Assembly: GCA_038087875.1 (NCBI GenBank)
Contig: CM075990.1
Location: forward strand, 2,420,001 to 2,484,000
From: Malacoraja senta
Lineage: Eukaryota
DNA: 64,000 nt
Direction: 5' to 3'
Under the pieces are notes generated by a model that searched no databases, had not been told where the DNA came from, and saw only the letters and a list, made by a program, of their open reading frames with translations. Positions 1 to 11,044 of this stretch are shown here, in pieces. How positions within the stretch are numbered: the first letter of the stretch is position 1; the number at the start of each line of letters is the position of its first letter. The position numbers were made by a program, and so were the translations under genes.

Positions 1-455
1 CAAAGAGGTCCTTCTGCAGTTGTATGCTGAGAGAATGGAGCAGCTGGGCTTGTACACTCTGGAGTTTAGAAGGATGAGATGGGATCACATTGAAACATAT
101 AAGATTGTTAAGGGCTTGGACACGCTAGAGGCAGGAAACATGTTCCCGATGTTGGGGGAGTCCAGAACCAGGGGCCACAGTTTAAGAATAAGGAGTAAGC
201 CATTTAGAACGGAGAAGAGGAAACACTTTTTCTCACAGAGAGTGGTGAGTCTGTGGAATTCTCTGCCTCAGAGGGCGGTGGAGGCAGGTTCTCTGGATGC
301 TTTCAAGAGAGAGCTAGATAGGGCTCTTAAAAATAGCGGAGTCAGGGGATATGGGGTGAAGGCAGGAACGGGGTACTGATTGGGGATGATCAGCCATGAT
401 CACATTGAATGGCTCGAAGGGCCGAATGGCCTACTCCTGCACCTATTGTCTATTG
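1..455 (+). mobile_element. CR1-clade LINE (HER1-like) 3' end
   Basis: ORF 20..379 has the CR1 ORF2 C-terminus (LGLYTLEFRRMR..., SRTRGHSL, FFSQRVVSLWNSLP), followed by the 3'UTR and a CTATTGT-type tail. Confidence 0.9.
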
Positions 456-516
456 TCATGTGATAGGAGCAGAATTAGGCCATTCGGCCCATGTACTCTG
501 CCATTCAATCATCAGT

Positions 517-572
517 TATCTATCAATCCATCTATCAATCCATCTATCTAGCCATCCATCCATCCATCCATC
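517..572 (+). repeat. (TCCA/TCTA)n microsatellite
   Basis: Directly visible tetranucleotide repeat. Confidence 0.9.
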
Positions 573-717
573 CCAACACCTCACTCCTATCCTCATCCTC
601 CTGCTTTTTCCGATAATCCCTGACATTCCCATAACTTGTGTAGAAAAGACACAGTGTGGAAACAGGCTCTTCGTCCCACCGAGTCCCCGCCGACCAGCGA
701 TTACCACGCTGGGCTGT

Positions 718-1180
718 CATGGTGGCGCAGCGGTAGAGTTGCTGCCTTACAGCGAAAGCAGCGCCGGAGACCTGGGTTCGATCCTGACTACGGGTGCTGT
801 CTGTACGGAGTTTGTACGTTCTCCCCGTGATCTGCGTGGGTTTTCTCATGCTTCGGTTTCCTCCCACTCCAAAGAGTGGGTTGATAAAAATGCTGGAGAA
901 ACTCAGCGGGTGAGGCAGCATCTATTGAGCGAAGGAGTAGGTGACGCCTCGAGTAGAGACCCTTCTCTACGACCACATCTTAACCCAGACCCGTTATCAC
1001 AGCCACGTTTGCTTTCTCTACGACCAAAGAGTGGGTTTGTAGGTTAATTGGCTTGGTAAATGTAAAAATTGTCCCTAGTGGGTGTAGGATAGTGTTAATG
1101 TGCGGGGATCGCTGGTCGGCGCGGACCCGGTCGGCTGTAGGGCCTGTTTCCGCGCTGTATCTGTAAACATATCTCTAAAC
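718..1180 (+). mobile_element. tRNA-derived V-SINE (HE1-like), interrupted by a Penelope pLTR fragment; representative of dozens of copies in the window
   Basis: A-box GGTGGCGCAGCGG, B-box GGTTCGATCC, V-domain GGAGTTTGTACGTTCTCCCCG...GGTTTCCTCCCAC, CR1-like 3' end GGGCCTGTTTCC...TCTCTAAAC. Confidence 0.85.
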
Positions 1181-1255
1181 CCCGTACACTAGCACGATCC
1201 TACACTAGGGACAATTTACAAATTTTACTGATGCCAATAAACCTTCAAACCTGTG

Positions 1256-1925
1256 TCGGAAGGAACTGCAGATGCTGGTCTACACCGAGGATAGACACAA
1301 AATGCTGGAATAACTCAGCGGGTCAGGCAGCATCTCTGGATAAAAGAAATAGGTGGTGTTTCGGTCTGAAAAAATCATACCGCTGGGGTGTAAGCTGCCC
1401 AAGAAAAATATGAGGTACTGTTCCTCCAAGGATAGAAAGGTCGGTATAGGAATGGGAGAGGGAGTTAAAGTGTTTGGCAACCGAGAAATAATGTAGGCCA
1501 AGTCGGACTGAGCGGAGGTGTTCCGTGAAACGATCACCGAGCCTGCGCTTGGTCTCTCTGATATATAGAAGTCCACACCTGGACAGCGGATGCAGCAGAT
1601 GAGGTTGGAGGAGGTGCAATAGAACCTCTGCCTAACCTGAAAGGACTGTTGGGGTCCTTGGACAGAGTTGAGGGGAGAGGTAAAGGGACAGGTGTTGCAT
1701 CTCCTGCAATTGCAGGAGAAATTACCTGGGGAGGGGATGGTTTGGGTGGGACGGGACGAGTGAACCAGAGAGTTGCGGAGGGAATGGTCTCTGCAGAAAG
1801 CGGAAATGGGTGGAGATGGGAAGATGTGACAAGAGGTGGTATCCCGTTGGAGGTGGCAAAAATGTCGGGGGATTATGTGCTGCATGCGACGGCTGGTGGG
1901 GTGGAAGGTGAAGACTAGGGGGATT
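1256..1925 (-). mobile_element. Penelope-like element 3' fragment (GIY-YIG region and pLTR), frameshifted
   Basis: ORFs 1280..1939 and 1323..1619 match the C-terminus of the 966-aa Penelope ORF at 28745 (PLVFTFHP, CRRCNTCPF, LYIRETKRRLGDRF). Confidence 0.85.
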
Positions 1926-2045
1926 CTGTGTCGGTGCAAGATGTTGCTGAGTGATGCCGAGGGCTACCTGCAGGTGGCAGCACCTGCAATGCAGTGGCAC
2001 CACTCCCTGAACATTGCCAGCAGAGTGGAGGGTCATCGGAGATTT

Positions 2046-2758
2046 TGTTGTGGTTGCTGAGACTCAAAATTAACTCAAGCGATGCGGAGAATTCTCCACG
2101 AAGTTCAAACCTTTATTTGCAAATTAAGGCTGGCACACTCAAAGAGCAAATCACTTGAGAGTTCACTCCAATCTAAGAGTTGTCCCTTTTTATGGCATGT
2201 TTAACTCTGTATGTCCTACCCCTGGTGCATTTCCATATCCAATCACGCGGTCATTCCTTTATCGATAACCAATCACTTGCATTTACTTTTCTCCTCCTTC
2301 CCCAGTAATTTTCCAATCCGTAATCCACCCTTGTTTAAACTACATGGCTTCCCCTTATTTCTCTTAGCTAGGGCTTGATACAGAGTCACAACGGTCATAA
2401 AATTGTCACAATTGATTTATGCTGTGCTAAGCTAGCAGAACCCAATGTTTACTTGCCTATCTTAGGCCCCCTTTATCTCTCTTAGTCATCTCAGCTAGGG
2501 GTGTTACAAAGTTACAAAGGTCATATAACTGTCACAACTAATTTATGCTAAGTGTTGAGCTAGCTTCGAGGGGAGAACCCAAACACCTCCCCCCTCAATT
2601 TATATAAACAAAACACACAAAGGCGAGCAAATGTCTTAACTCAACATAAACATAAACAAGCTAATACAAAGGATAATAGATAAAGGATAATATTTAAGTA
2701 TCTCAAGTATTACAAACACCAAGAATATAAAATATAAAGATAATATACTCCTATATAA
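2046..2758 (-). repeat. ERV 3' LTR (left boundary approximate)
   Basis: Begins immediately after the PPT. Minus-strand AATAAA near 2111-2117, TATA-like CATAAAAAG near 2190, CCAAT boxes near 2240 and 2270. Confidence 0.75.
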
Positions 2759-2787
2759 TTCCCCCCTTTGAGACCTAATCGGTCTCA
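2759..2787 (-). promoter_or_regulatory. Polypurine tract with preceding hairpin
   Basis: Minus strand reads GAGACC-GATTA-GGTCTC-AAAGGGGGGAA, abutting the LTR. Confidence 0.8.
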
Positions 2788-2949
2788 CAGAAAATGAAAA
2801 CCACAAGCTGCACATATCAGCATCAAATCAAACTACTAGCCCCCAAAATCAGGGTCCTCATATTTGTAATGTTCAGCCTCACGTTGTTCGTTCTCTGGAA
2901 TCCTGGGTAACTGGGCCAAAAACCCATCCCCATTATGCTGGGGTGGGAA

Positions 2950-3385
2950 AAAAAAGAGCCGGCTATCCTTACAGACTATTGTTCAATATTCCTCTGGTGT
3001 GTTTTGCATGTCATCGTAGTATTCTATCAGCGGGGTCTGCTTCTCTAGGAGACCAGAATTACCTTAATCCTGGAGGGGGAGCTGCTTTTCAGTGGCTCTT
3101 ACTAGGAGAGACAGGGAAAAAACAACATAGCACAAAAATAACCACTATCAGCGCTGCTCCAATAGTCATGCCCAACTTAGCCAACTATGCTCCCCAACCT
3201 CCTAACATATTTTCCAGCCAATCAATGAATTTATGTTCAAAACCCACATTCTGCTTAAGGTCTTTTCTCCGATTCTTCAACTTATCCATTGCTTTAGTGA
3301 ATGACCTCTCCGGGCTGGTGTTGTTAGGTATGAAGGTGCAGCAATGTTCCCCAAACAGGACACACACACACACCCTTATTTCTGA
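2950..3385 (-). pseudogene. env: env TM-subunit remnant (SU, fusion peptide and ISD missing)
   Basis: CVLFGEHCC (CX6CC), then TFIPNNT, a heptad region and a hydrophobic stretch (AALIVVIFVLCC); premature stops. Confidence 0.85.
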
Positions 3386-4140
3386 CCTCATTTACAACAG
3401 CCTCAGAGTCACCAGTGTCTCCAAAAACCTCACTCACTATCTGGTTAAAGCTCTGCTCTTCCCTTACATCTTTGTCCTCCTGTTCACTTACCTCAGGGTT
3501 ATTATCGAGCCATACCTGTGGGACAGCCCTCGTGCAATGATTGAGATGGTACCATGTGGATCGACCTACTACCTGAACAGCGGTGGGCGCGGCCTTAGTT
3601 ACCGTGAATGGTCCTTCCCTGTTTGCGCATTCCACTTCCTTCGGAAGGCTCGTACACAAACCTTATCTCCGGGTTTAATGGGTCCTTCCTCCGGGTTCTT
3701 TTGCTTTTCCTGTGCATGAATAGACATGTGTATCATAGTTAACTGTTGCATATACTGCTTAAGTTCTACATCTAACTGCTCCAAACTTGGCCCCTTGTAG
3801 GGACTTCTCCATTTTGGCGTCAGCATGGGTCTGCCAGTAAGCATCTCATGTGGTGTCAAATGAGTTATTCGATTAGTTTGCATGCGACAGCTCATCAGTG
3901 CCAATGGCAGGGCATCAATCCAATTCAACTTGTAGTCGCACAAATCTTATTTAGCTTAGCCTTCAAAGTCCCATTAATTCTTTCCATCATGCCCTGTGAC
4001 TGAGGGTGGTACACACACCCAACCCTTTGTTTCACTCTCAGGGCCTGTAGCACCAGCTTGACTACTCTCTGAATAAAACCTGATCCATTGTCGGAGCTAA
4101 TTTCTGTAGGTATGCCAAACCTTGGGATTACTTCATTCAT

Positions 4141-5688
4141 AGAAACATAGAAACATAGAAAATAGGTGCAGGAGGAGGCCATTCGGTCCTTCGAACAAGC
4201 ACCGCCATTCATTGTGCTCATGGTTGTTCGTCCCCTATCAATAACCCGTGCCTGCCTTCTCCCCATATCCCTTGATTCCACTAGCCCCTAGAGCTCTATC
4301 TAACTCTCTCTTAAATCCATCCAGTGATTTGGCCTCCACTGCCCTCTGTGGCAGGGAATTCCACAAATTCACAACTCTCTGGGTGAAAAGTTTTTTCTCA
4401 CCTCAGTCTTAAATGACCTCCCCTTTATTCTAAGACTGTGGCCCCTGGTTCTGGACTCGCCCAACATTGGGAACATTTTTCCTGCATCTAGCATTACTTG
4501 GTCAATAAACTTACTTACTTACTTTTCAATCTTTCCTCATATGACAGTCCCGCCATCCCAGGGATCAATCTCGTGAACCTACGCTGCACTGCCTCAATCA
4601 CAAGGATGTCCTTCCTCAAATTAGGAGACCAAAACAGTACGCAATACTCCAGATGTGGTCTTACCAGAGCCCTATACAACTGCAGAAGAACCTCTTTACT
4701 CCTATACTGAAATCCTCTTATTATGAAGGCCAACATTCCATTAGCTCTCTTCACTGCCTGCTGTACCTGCACGCCAACTTTCAGAGACTGGTGTACAAAG
4801 ACACCCAGGTCTCGCTTCACCTCCTCCTTACCTAACCTAACCCCATTGGGATAATAATCTGCCCCCTTGTTTTTGCCGCCAAAGTGGATAACCTCACATT
4901 TATCTATATTATACTGCATTTGCCACACATCTGCCCACTCACTCAACCTGTCCAGGTCACCCGGCAACCTACTAACATCCTCTTCACAGTTCACACTGCC
5001 ACCCAGCTTTGTGTCATCTGCAAACTTGCTAGTGTTGCTCCTAATTCCCTCTTCCAAATCATTAATATATATGGTAAACAGTTGCCCCAACACCGAGCCT
5101 TGCGGCACTCCACTCGCCACTGCCTGCCATTCTGAAAAGGACCAGTTCAGTCCTACTCTTTGCTTCCGGTCTGCAACCAATTTTCTATCCATGTCAACAC
5201 CCTAACTCCAATACCATGTGCTCTAATTTTAGTCACCAGTCTCCCGTGCGGGACCTTATCAAAGGCTTTCTGAAAGTCTAGATACACTACATCCACTGGC
5301 ACCCCTTCATCCATTTTACTTGTCACATCCTCAAAAAATTCCAGAAGATTAGTCAAGCATAATTTCCCTTTCATAAATCCATGTTGACTTGGACTAATCA
5401 TTTTACTGCTATCCAAATGCCCCATTATTACCTCTTTAATAATTGACTCCAGCATCTTTCCCACCACCGAAGTCAGGCTAACTGGTCTGTAATTCCCCGT
5501 TTTCTCTCTCGTTCATTTCTTGATAAGTGGGATAACATTAGCTATCCTCCAATCCACAGGAACTGATCCTGAATCTATTGAACATTGGAAAATGATCACC
5601 AATGCGTCCACTATTTCTAGAGCAACCCTGGGATGCAGACCATCCGGCCCAGGGGATTTATCATCCTTCAGTCCCATTAGCTTACCCA
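4141..5688 (-). mobile_element. HER1-like CR1 LINE, 5'-truncated, inserted in ERV integrase
   Basis: ORFs with DFQKAFDKV, GVPQGSVLG and KFADD; (AGAAACAT)n tail. 6-bp TSD ATTCAT (4135-4140, 5689-5694); removal restores VTFLMNEVIPRFGIP. Confidence 0.93.
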
Positions 5689-6051
5689 ATTCATCAGAAA
5701 CGTTACTACAGTCCCTGCACCTAAATCTTTGGAAGGTACTGCCTCCACCCACCTGCTAAATCTATCGATCATTACTAGCATGTACCTTATCCCTCTTACC
5801 GTGTTGATCATATCCACATAGTCGTTCACCAGGTGCCTAAATGGCCCTTCGGGCACAGGAATGTGACCTATAGGCGTTGTTATTCCCTTTCTAACATTGC
5901 TTTGAGCACATACATCACACTGTGACAAAATGTGGTCTACCGAAGCCTGTAAATAGGTTGACCAAAACCCATCCTTTTTTACCTTTCTTATTACTTCCCC
6001 CCCTTGCGCAATGGTGTAACCCATGCCCTTCTGAAATAAGAATGGTCAGCA

Positions 6052-6855
6052 CCACATCCGGTGGCGCTGTAAGCTGGCTGCCTCCGCCTTCAGTCTGGTA
6101 TCTTTTTTTATTTTTTTAATGTTTTAAGTATGTTTTTTTTGTTGTTGTTGTTGTTTTATGTGGGGGAAGAGGGTATGGTAAGGGGGAAACCGTCCTTCAG
6201 TCGCTTCCTGGAGAGGATGCGACTATTATTCGAGTCTCGTCCTCGCCCTCCCCCCCCCCAGGGCCTACCTACTGGATTGGTGCGGCCTTTCCTGCCGGGA
6301 CCAACCAGAGCTCCAGCAGCGGCGGCGCAGCGCTGGATACATCGCAGAGCGGGCGATGCCTCACCTGGGATTGCCGTTTGGAGGCCTGCTGCATTGACAT
6401 CGCGGAGCTGTGGTTCGCGGAGCTCCCAACGCAGGCGGCGCTGACCAACATCGCGGAGTCCTGCGACCCTTTGTCGGGGGTGGCCAGCGTGAATCTCCGC
6501 CCAGCTCGGCCTGTGGATTTAGAGGTCCGGGCCGCTGAGGATGTTCCCCCGTTCGACGTCGGGGTTCCATCATTCCCGGCGAGAGGGACTGAACATCGGG
6601 CCGCCCGTGGCGGTGACTACGGGGTGCTCGGGAGCCCCCGACCACGGGTGAACATCTGGGAAGATCAGCGAGGAGGTGGACTGGACTTTGGTTCCTTCGC
6701 TCACAGTGGGGAACTTTGGTGCCGCTGTGGGGATGTTGTGTCGTGGACTTCTGTGTTTTGTGCTTTTTTACATTTCTATGACTGTAAGGAAAATTGCATT
6801 TTGTTGTCTCTTATGAGACAATGACAATAAATTGAATCCAATCCAAATCCAATCC
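6052..6855 (+). mobile_element. GC-rich non-autonomous retroposon (family shared with 24800-25618), inserted in ERV pol
   Basis: Ends in AATAAA plus (AATCC)n. Shares blocks such as CCATCATTCC..GGCGAGAGGG..ACATCGGGCCGCC with the 24.8-kb copy. Removal restores PTPLLTILISEGHG. Confidence 0.75.
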
Positions 6856-7946
6856 AATGGTGTGGGTGCTACCAACAATCCTTCTTCAGTAGTCCACATG
6901 CCCTCCAAGTTCTGCTTAGCTCCCCTTTGTCTCCCCATTGTTTGCTCTGCTAAGGTTGCCTTACCTTGCATTTCAATTATGTCCTCCTCTGTGGGTTCCA
7001 GATCCAAGCTTACTTGAGATGCAGCGACAGCTAGTCGGCATCCAGATGCTGTTCTGGCTGCTTCGTAATAGTGTTAAAAGCTGTTTCCGCCTCATCATTC
7101 CATTGCAAAACATTTCTCAGGCTTGTGTGTCCTGCTTCCTTCATTATTTTCCTTAATGGCATCACAATTTCAGCACACTCTCCACTCCAGCCTGAACTGT
7201 ATCCTGCCATTCCCAAAAACATCATCTTCTGTCCTACTGTCTGAGGTTTGGGAGCTTTAATTATTGCCTCAATTTGATCCAGTGCTATAGCCTTTACTCC
7301 TATGCATATTAATCATCCTAAATATTCTACCTGCTGCTTACAAAACTGCAGCTTCTTCCTGGATACCTTATGGCCTCCGCACGCCAGTCTTTCCAAGAGA
7401 GAGTCAAAGTGTCTCGCTCACATTGCTCCTCAGTTGCAGAGCAAACCAACAAATCATCCACATATTGTATTAATTCTAAGGGTATGCCTTCCAAATCTGC
7501 CTTTAATATCTGATTGAAGACATGGGACGAGTGTTTGAATCCCTGCAGCATCCTAGTGTAGGTGTATGGAGTACCCCGAGAGGTAAAAGCAAACAAATAC
7601 TGACATTGCTCTGCTAAGGGTACACTGAAAAACGCCGAACAAAGATGTACTACTGAAAAGTAAGCTGCCTCTGTTGGAACATTAGTCAGCAGTGTATGTG
7701 GATTTGGGACGACCGCTGGCCAATCTCTCACCACCTCGTTTACCGTTTACAGATCATGTACTAGTCTCCACTTGGACTTGTCTGCTTTCAAGACCGGTAA
7801 TAATGGGGTGTTGCAGGGACTACTTGTCCCACCTCCAGCAGACCCTGCATAGTTGGTGCTGTACCTTCCTCCGCCTCTAGCTTCAGGGGGTGCTGTGGTC
7901 TCCGGGGCGGAATTGCTCCCTGCTTTAATCCTATTTCCACTGGACT

Positions 7947-8714
7947 CCAAGCACCAAGTTCCTGGGAGTACACATCACAGATGATCAGACATGGTCCACC
8001 AACACCATCTCCCTAGTCAAGAAAGCACAGCAACGCCTCCACTTCCTTCGACGGATGAGGAGAGCCGACCTCCCCCCTTCTGCCCTCACAACTTTTTACA
8101 GGGGTGCCATTGAGAGCATTCTTACCAGCAGTCTCTCAGTCTGGTATGGCAGTTGCTCTGCTGCTGACCAGAAGGCCCTACAGAGAGTGGTGAGGACAGC
8201 GGAGAAGATCACTAGATCACCCCAACCAGCAATCCAGGACTTATACCCATCTCGCTGTCGCAAGAGAGCAACCAATATCATCAAAGACACCACCCACCCA
8301 GCACACAAACTGTTCACCCTCCTACCATCCGGCAAGCGCTACCGCAGCATGCGGAGCAAAACCACAAGATTCAAAAACAGCTTTTTCCCTCAGGCCATCA
8401 GACTTCTCAACACACTAAAGAAAATTCCATGAACATTACACAAAGACCAACTGACTGTCAAATTAACTTTAACCCAATGTCTGCAGTATGCTACTTGCAC
8501 AGTATGCTATATTGCACCTTTTATTAATGAATATTTTATATAATGTATATGTCCATTGTCTATTTTTATTGGTACACTGTCTGTCTGTGTTATAAATATT
8601 ACTTGCACATTGGAGTATGGAGAAACGCAATTTCAATCCTCTGTGTAACTACTTGTTACATTATTTGAATTGACAATAAAATTACTATTAAAAAAATAAA
8701 AAATAAAAAAAATT
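7947..8714 (+). mobile_element. Rex1/Babar-type LINE 3' fragment inserted in ERV pol
   Basis: ORF 8055..8432 (FYRGAIESILT, LPSGKRYRS, SFFPQAIRLLN); AATAAA plus A-rich tail. 3-bp ACT duplication; removal restores KSASPVEI. Confidence 0.85.
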
Positions 8715-9807
8715 ACTAGCGGATTTTACCTTTCCGACATCTGTGTCGTGTTGCGACCACAGAATCGGGGGCAGCCTATCTAACCCTTCCTCCTTTGTCT
8801 GTCCCTCTCTTTTCGTCATCAAAGGAAGATGTTGCCGGGAGGGGGGGTAATTTCGACCTCTTTCAACGTTCCCATCATATCTATATTCACCACTGTCTTG
8901 ATATAATTATTATTTCCTGATTTCTATACCTGTGGTGTAATTTTTTCCCAACTATTAAAATAGTACCTACTTGTTTCACCAGGGGCCCCAAGTCTCTGGA
9001 CTGGTGTAGGTGTATTGAGTACAAGCAATATTACAAGCAATGTCACATGGGGAGCAGCTCCTGGCTCCCTATACCACTTTTCCAAAAATACGTTCCATCT
9101 AATTTGCAAGGCTGCCCCTTGTTTTCCAATCATTATTGCTTCTGCCTTTAGGTGGTGCGGGCCACATGCCTCTACACACCACATTCCCCTATTGTCTGCA
9201 TCGTGATCTTCGGCAAAAATCACTGTACACTGTAATTCAGATTTGGGCTGAGCTGCTTCGGGCAGTATGGCCAGTACGCCCTTCTTCCACATTTCCCACG
9301 TTTCCCAAATTTGATCTTCTGTATGTCCTATCCAAAAGACATTAGCGTTTCTAACTTCCTGCATTATCATTTGTGCACTTGTCCTGTTCACGCTCAAACC
9401 ATTTCTAGTACGTCCCAATTTTAATTGTCTCAACAGAGCATCTCTACCTAACAAATGAATGGGGGTCCCTTTAGACACCAATACCGGCAATACTATTTCT
9501 TTATTACTCATTTCTAAACTTACCGGAACCGCGTTAACTGTGTTTTTCCTGAGAACCCTATAGTTTTAACAAATTTTCCTGACGTGGGAAGGTGGGAGGC
9601 ATAGTGTGGTTGCACACAAGTGTATGTAGCTCCCGTATGTATCATCAGGGGTGTTAACCGCACCCCCCCCCCCCCCCCCCCCGCTCCAAAATTACCTGAA
9701 TCATAGGTTCTTCTTCTGCCTCTCGTGTTATCATTGGGTAATGTCTCTTCCCATCCGGGTTCTCTGGGCACCCCCTAGTATCTAGCACAGGGGTTCACAG
9801 GTCTAGC

Positions 9808-10900
9808 GGGAGAGTCTAGGACCAGAGGTCATAACCTCAGAAATCACGGAGGAACCTTTAGAAAGATGAGGAGGAATTTATTTCGTCAGTGGGTGGTGAA
9901 TCTGTGGAACTCATTGCCACAGAAGGCTGTGGAGGACATCAATGAATATTTTTAAGGTGGAGATTGACAGATTCTTGATTAGTGCGGGTGTGAGATGTTA
10001 TGGGGAGAAGGCAGGAGAATGGGGTTGAGAGGGAAAGATAGACCAATCATGATTGAATGGCGGAGTAGACTTGATGGGCCGAATGGTCTAGTTCTGCATC
10101 CTATCCTTTATGAGCTTATGAGAGCAGGCAGGCTAGTGATATAGATACAGAGAAACAGCGTGGAAACAGGCCCTTCGGCCCGCGCTGCCCAACGTTCACC
10201 CCATACACTAGCACTATCCCACACGCTAGCGACAATTTATAATTTTTTTAACTCAAAGCCAATTAATGTACAAACCAGCACGTCTTTGGAGTGCGGGATG
10301 AAACCGGGGCACCCGGAGAAAACCCACGCAGTCACAGTGAGAACGTGCAAACTCCCTACAGACAGCACTCGAGGTCCGGGTCGAATCTGGGTCTCCAGCT
10401 TCTTGTGTCTATCTTCGGTTTAAACCAGCATCTGCAGTTCCTTCCCACCTAAACTCTTAGATCCCGCTGCTCTACAACACTCCCCAGGGCCCTGCCGTAC
10501 ACTGTGAAGGTCCTGCCCTGGTTTGACTTCCTAAAATTTAACACCTCACACTTCTCCATCATGGTCTGGTTTGGCTCAGCCACCAAGCACGACATCCGGA
10601 GGCTGCAGCGAATCGTCCGATCAGCGGAGAAGGTTATTGGCTGCAACCTTCTCCCCCATTGATGAACTGCACACTGCAAGGGCCAGGAAGCGACGGGTAA
10701 GATCATCTCTGACCCCTCTCACCCTGGCCACAAACCCTTTGCATCACTTCTCTCTGGAAGGCGACTCCGGACTGTCAAACCCGCCACAGCCAGACATAAA
10801 ATCAGGTTTTTACCCACGAGCAGTAGCTCTACTGAATAACCAAAAGTCTGTAGCCTCCTTTTGCTCTGGTATTTAATTTCATTCACATGTTTAAACTATA
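9808..10900 (+). repeat. Duplicated composite block (HER1 tail + SINE + Rex1 fragment), paralogous to 14505-15597
   Basis: Both copies share the same element order and unique junctions (e.g. CTATCCTTTATGAGCTTATGAGAGCAGGCAGGCTAGTGAT). Confidence 0.92.
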
Positions 10901-11044
10901 ACCGCGTTAACTGTGTTTTTCCCGAGAACCCTACAGTTTAAACAAATTTCCCTGACGTGGGAAGGTGGGAGGCATACTGTGGTTGCACACAAGTGTATGT
11001 GGCTCCCGTATCTATCATCAGCATAGGGGTTCACAGGTCCAGCC

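Larger units (their letters stand above)
3500..9774 (-). pseudogene. pol: pro-pol (PR, 2H-like insert, RT, IN; most of tether/RNase H deleted), frameshifted and split by three insertions
   Basis: IHTGA/LLGRD (PR); LPVLK..WRLVHDL, QGFKHS, YVDD (RT); HGLHH..CDVC (IN zinc finger); IDRFSRWVEA, SSDNGS, HPQSQGMMER (IN core). Confidence 0.92.

Noticed and set aside
718..800. tRNA genes
   Set aside because: The A/B boxes continue into the V-SINE body; these are SINE heads.
2943..3719. 258-aa plus-strand ORF as an antisense accessory gene
   Set aside because: It is antisense to degraded env/IN, spans a deletion junction, has a non-ATG start and shows no motif.
6041..6861. AATGGT on both sides of the 6.05-6.86-kb insert as a 6-bp TSD
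   Set aside because: Restoring the Pol frame (PTPLLTILISE) needs both AATGGT copies, so they are native to the ERV.
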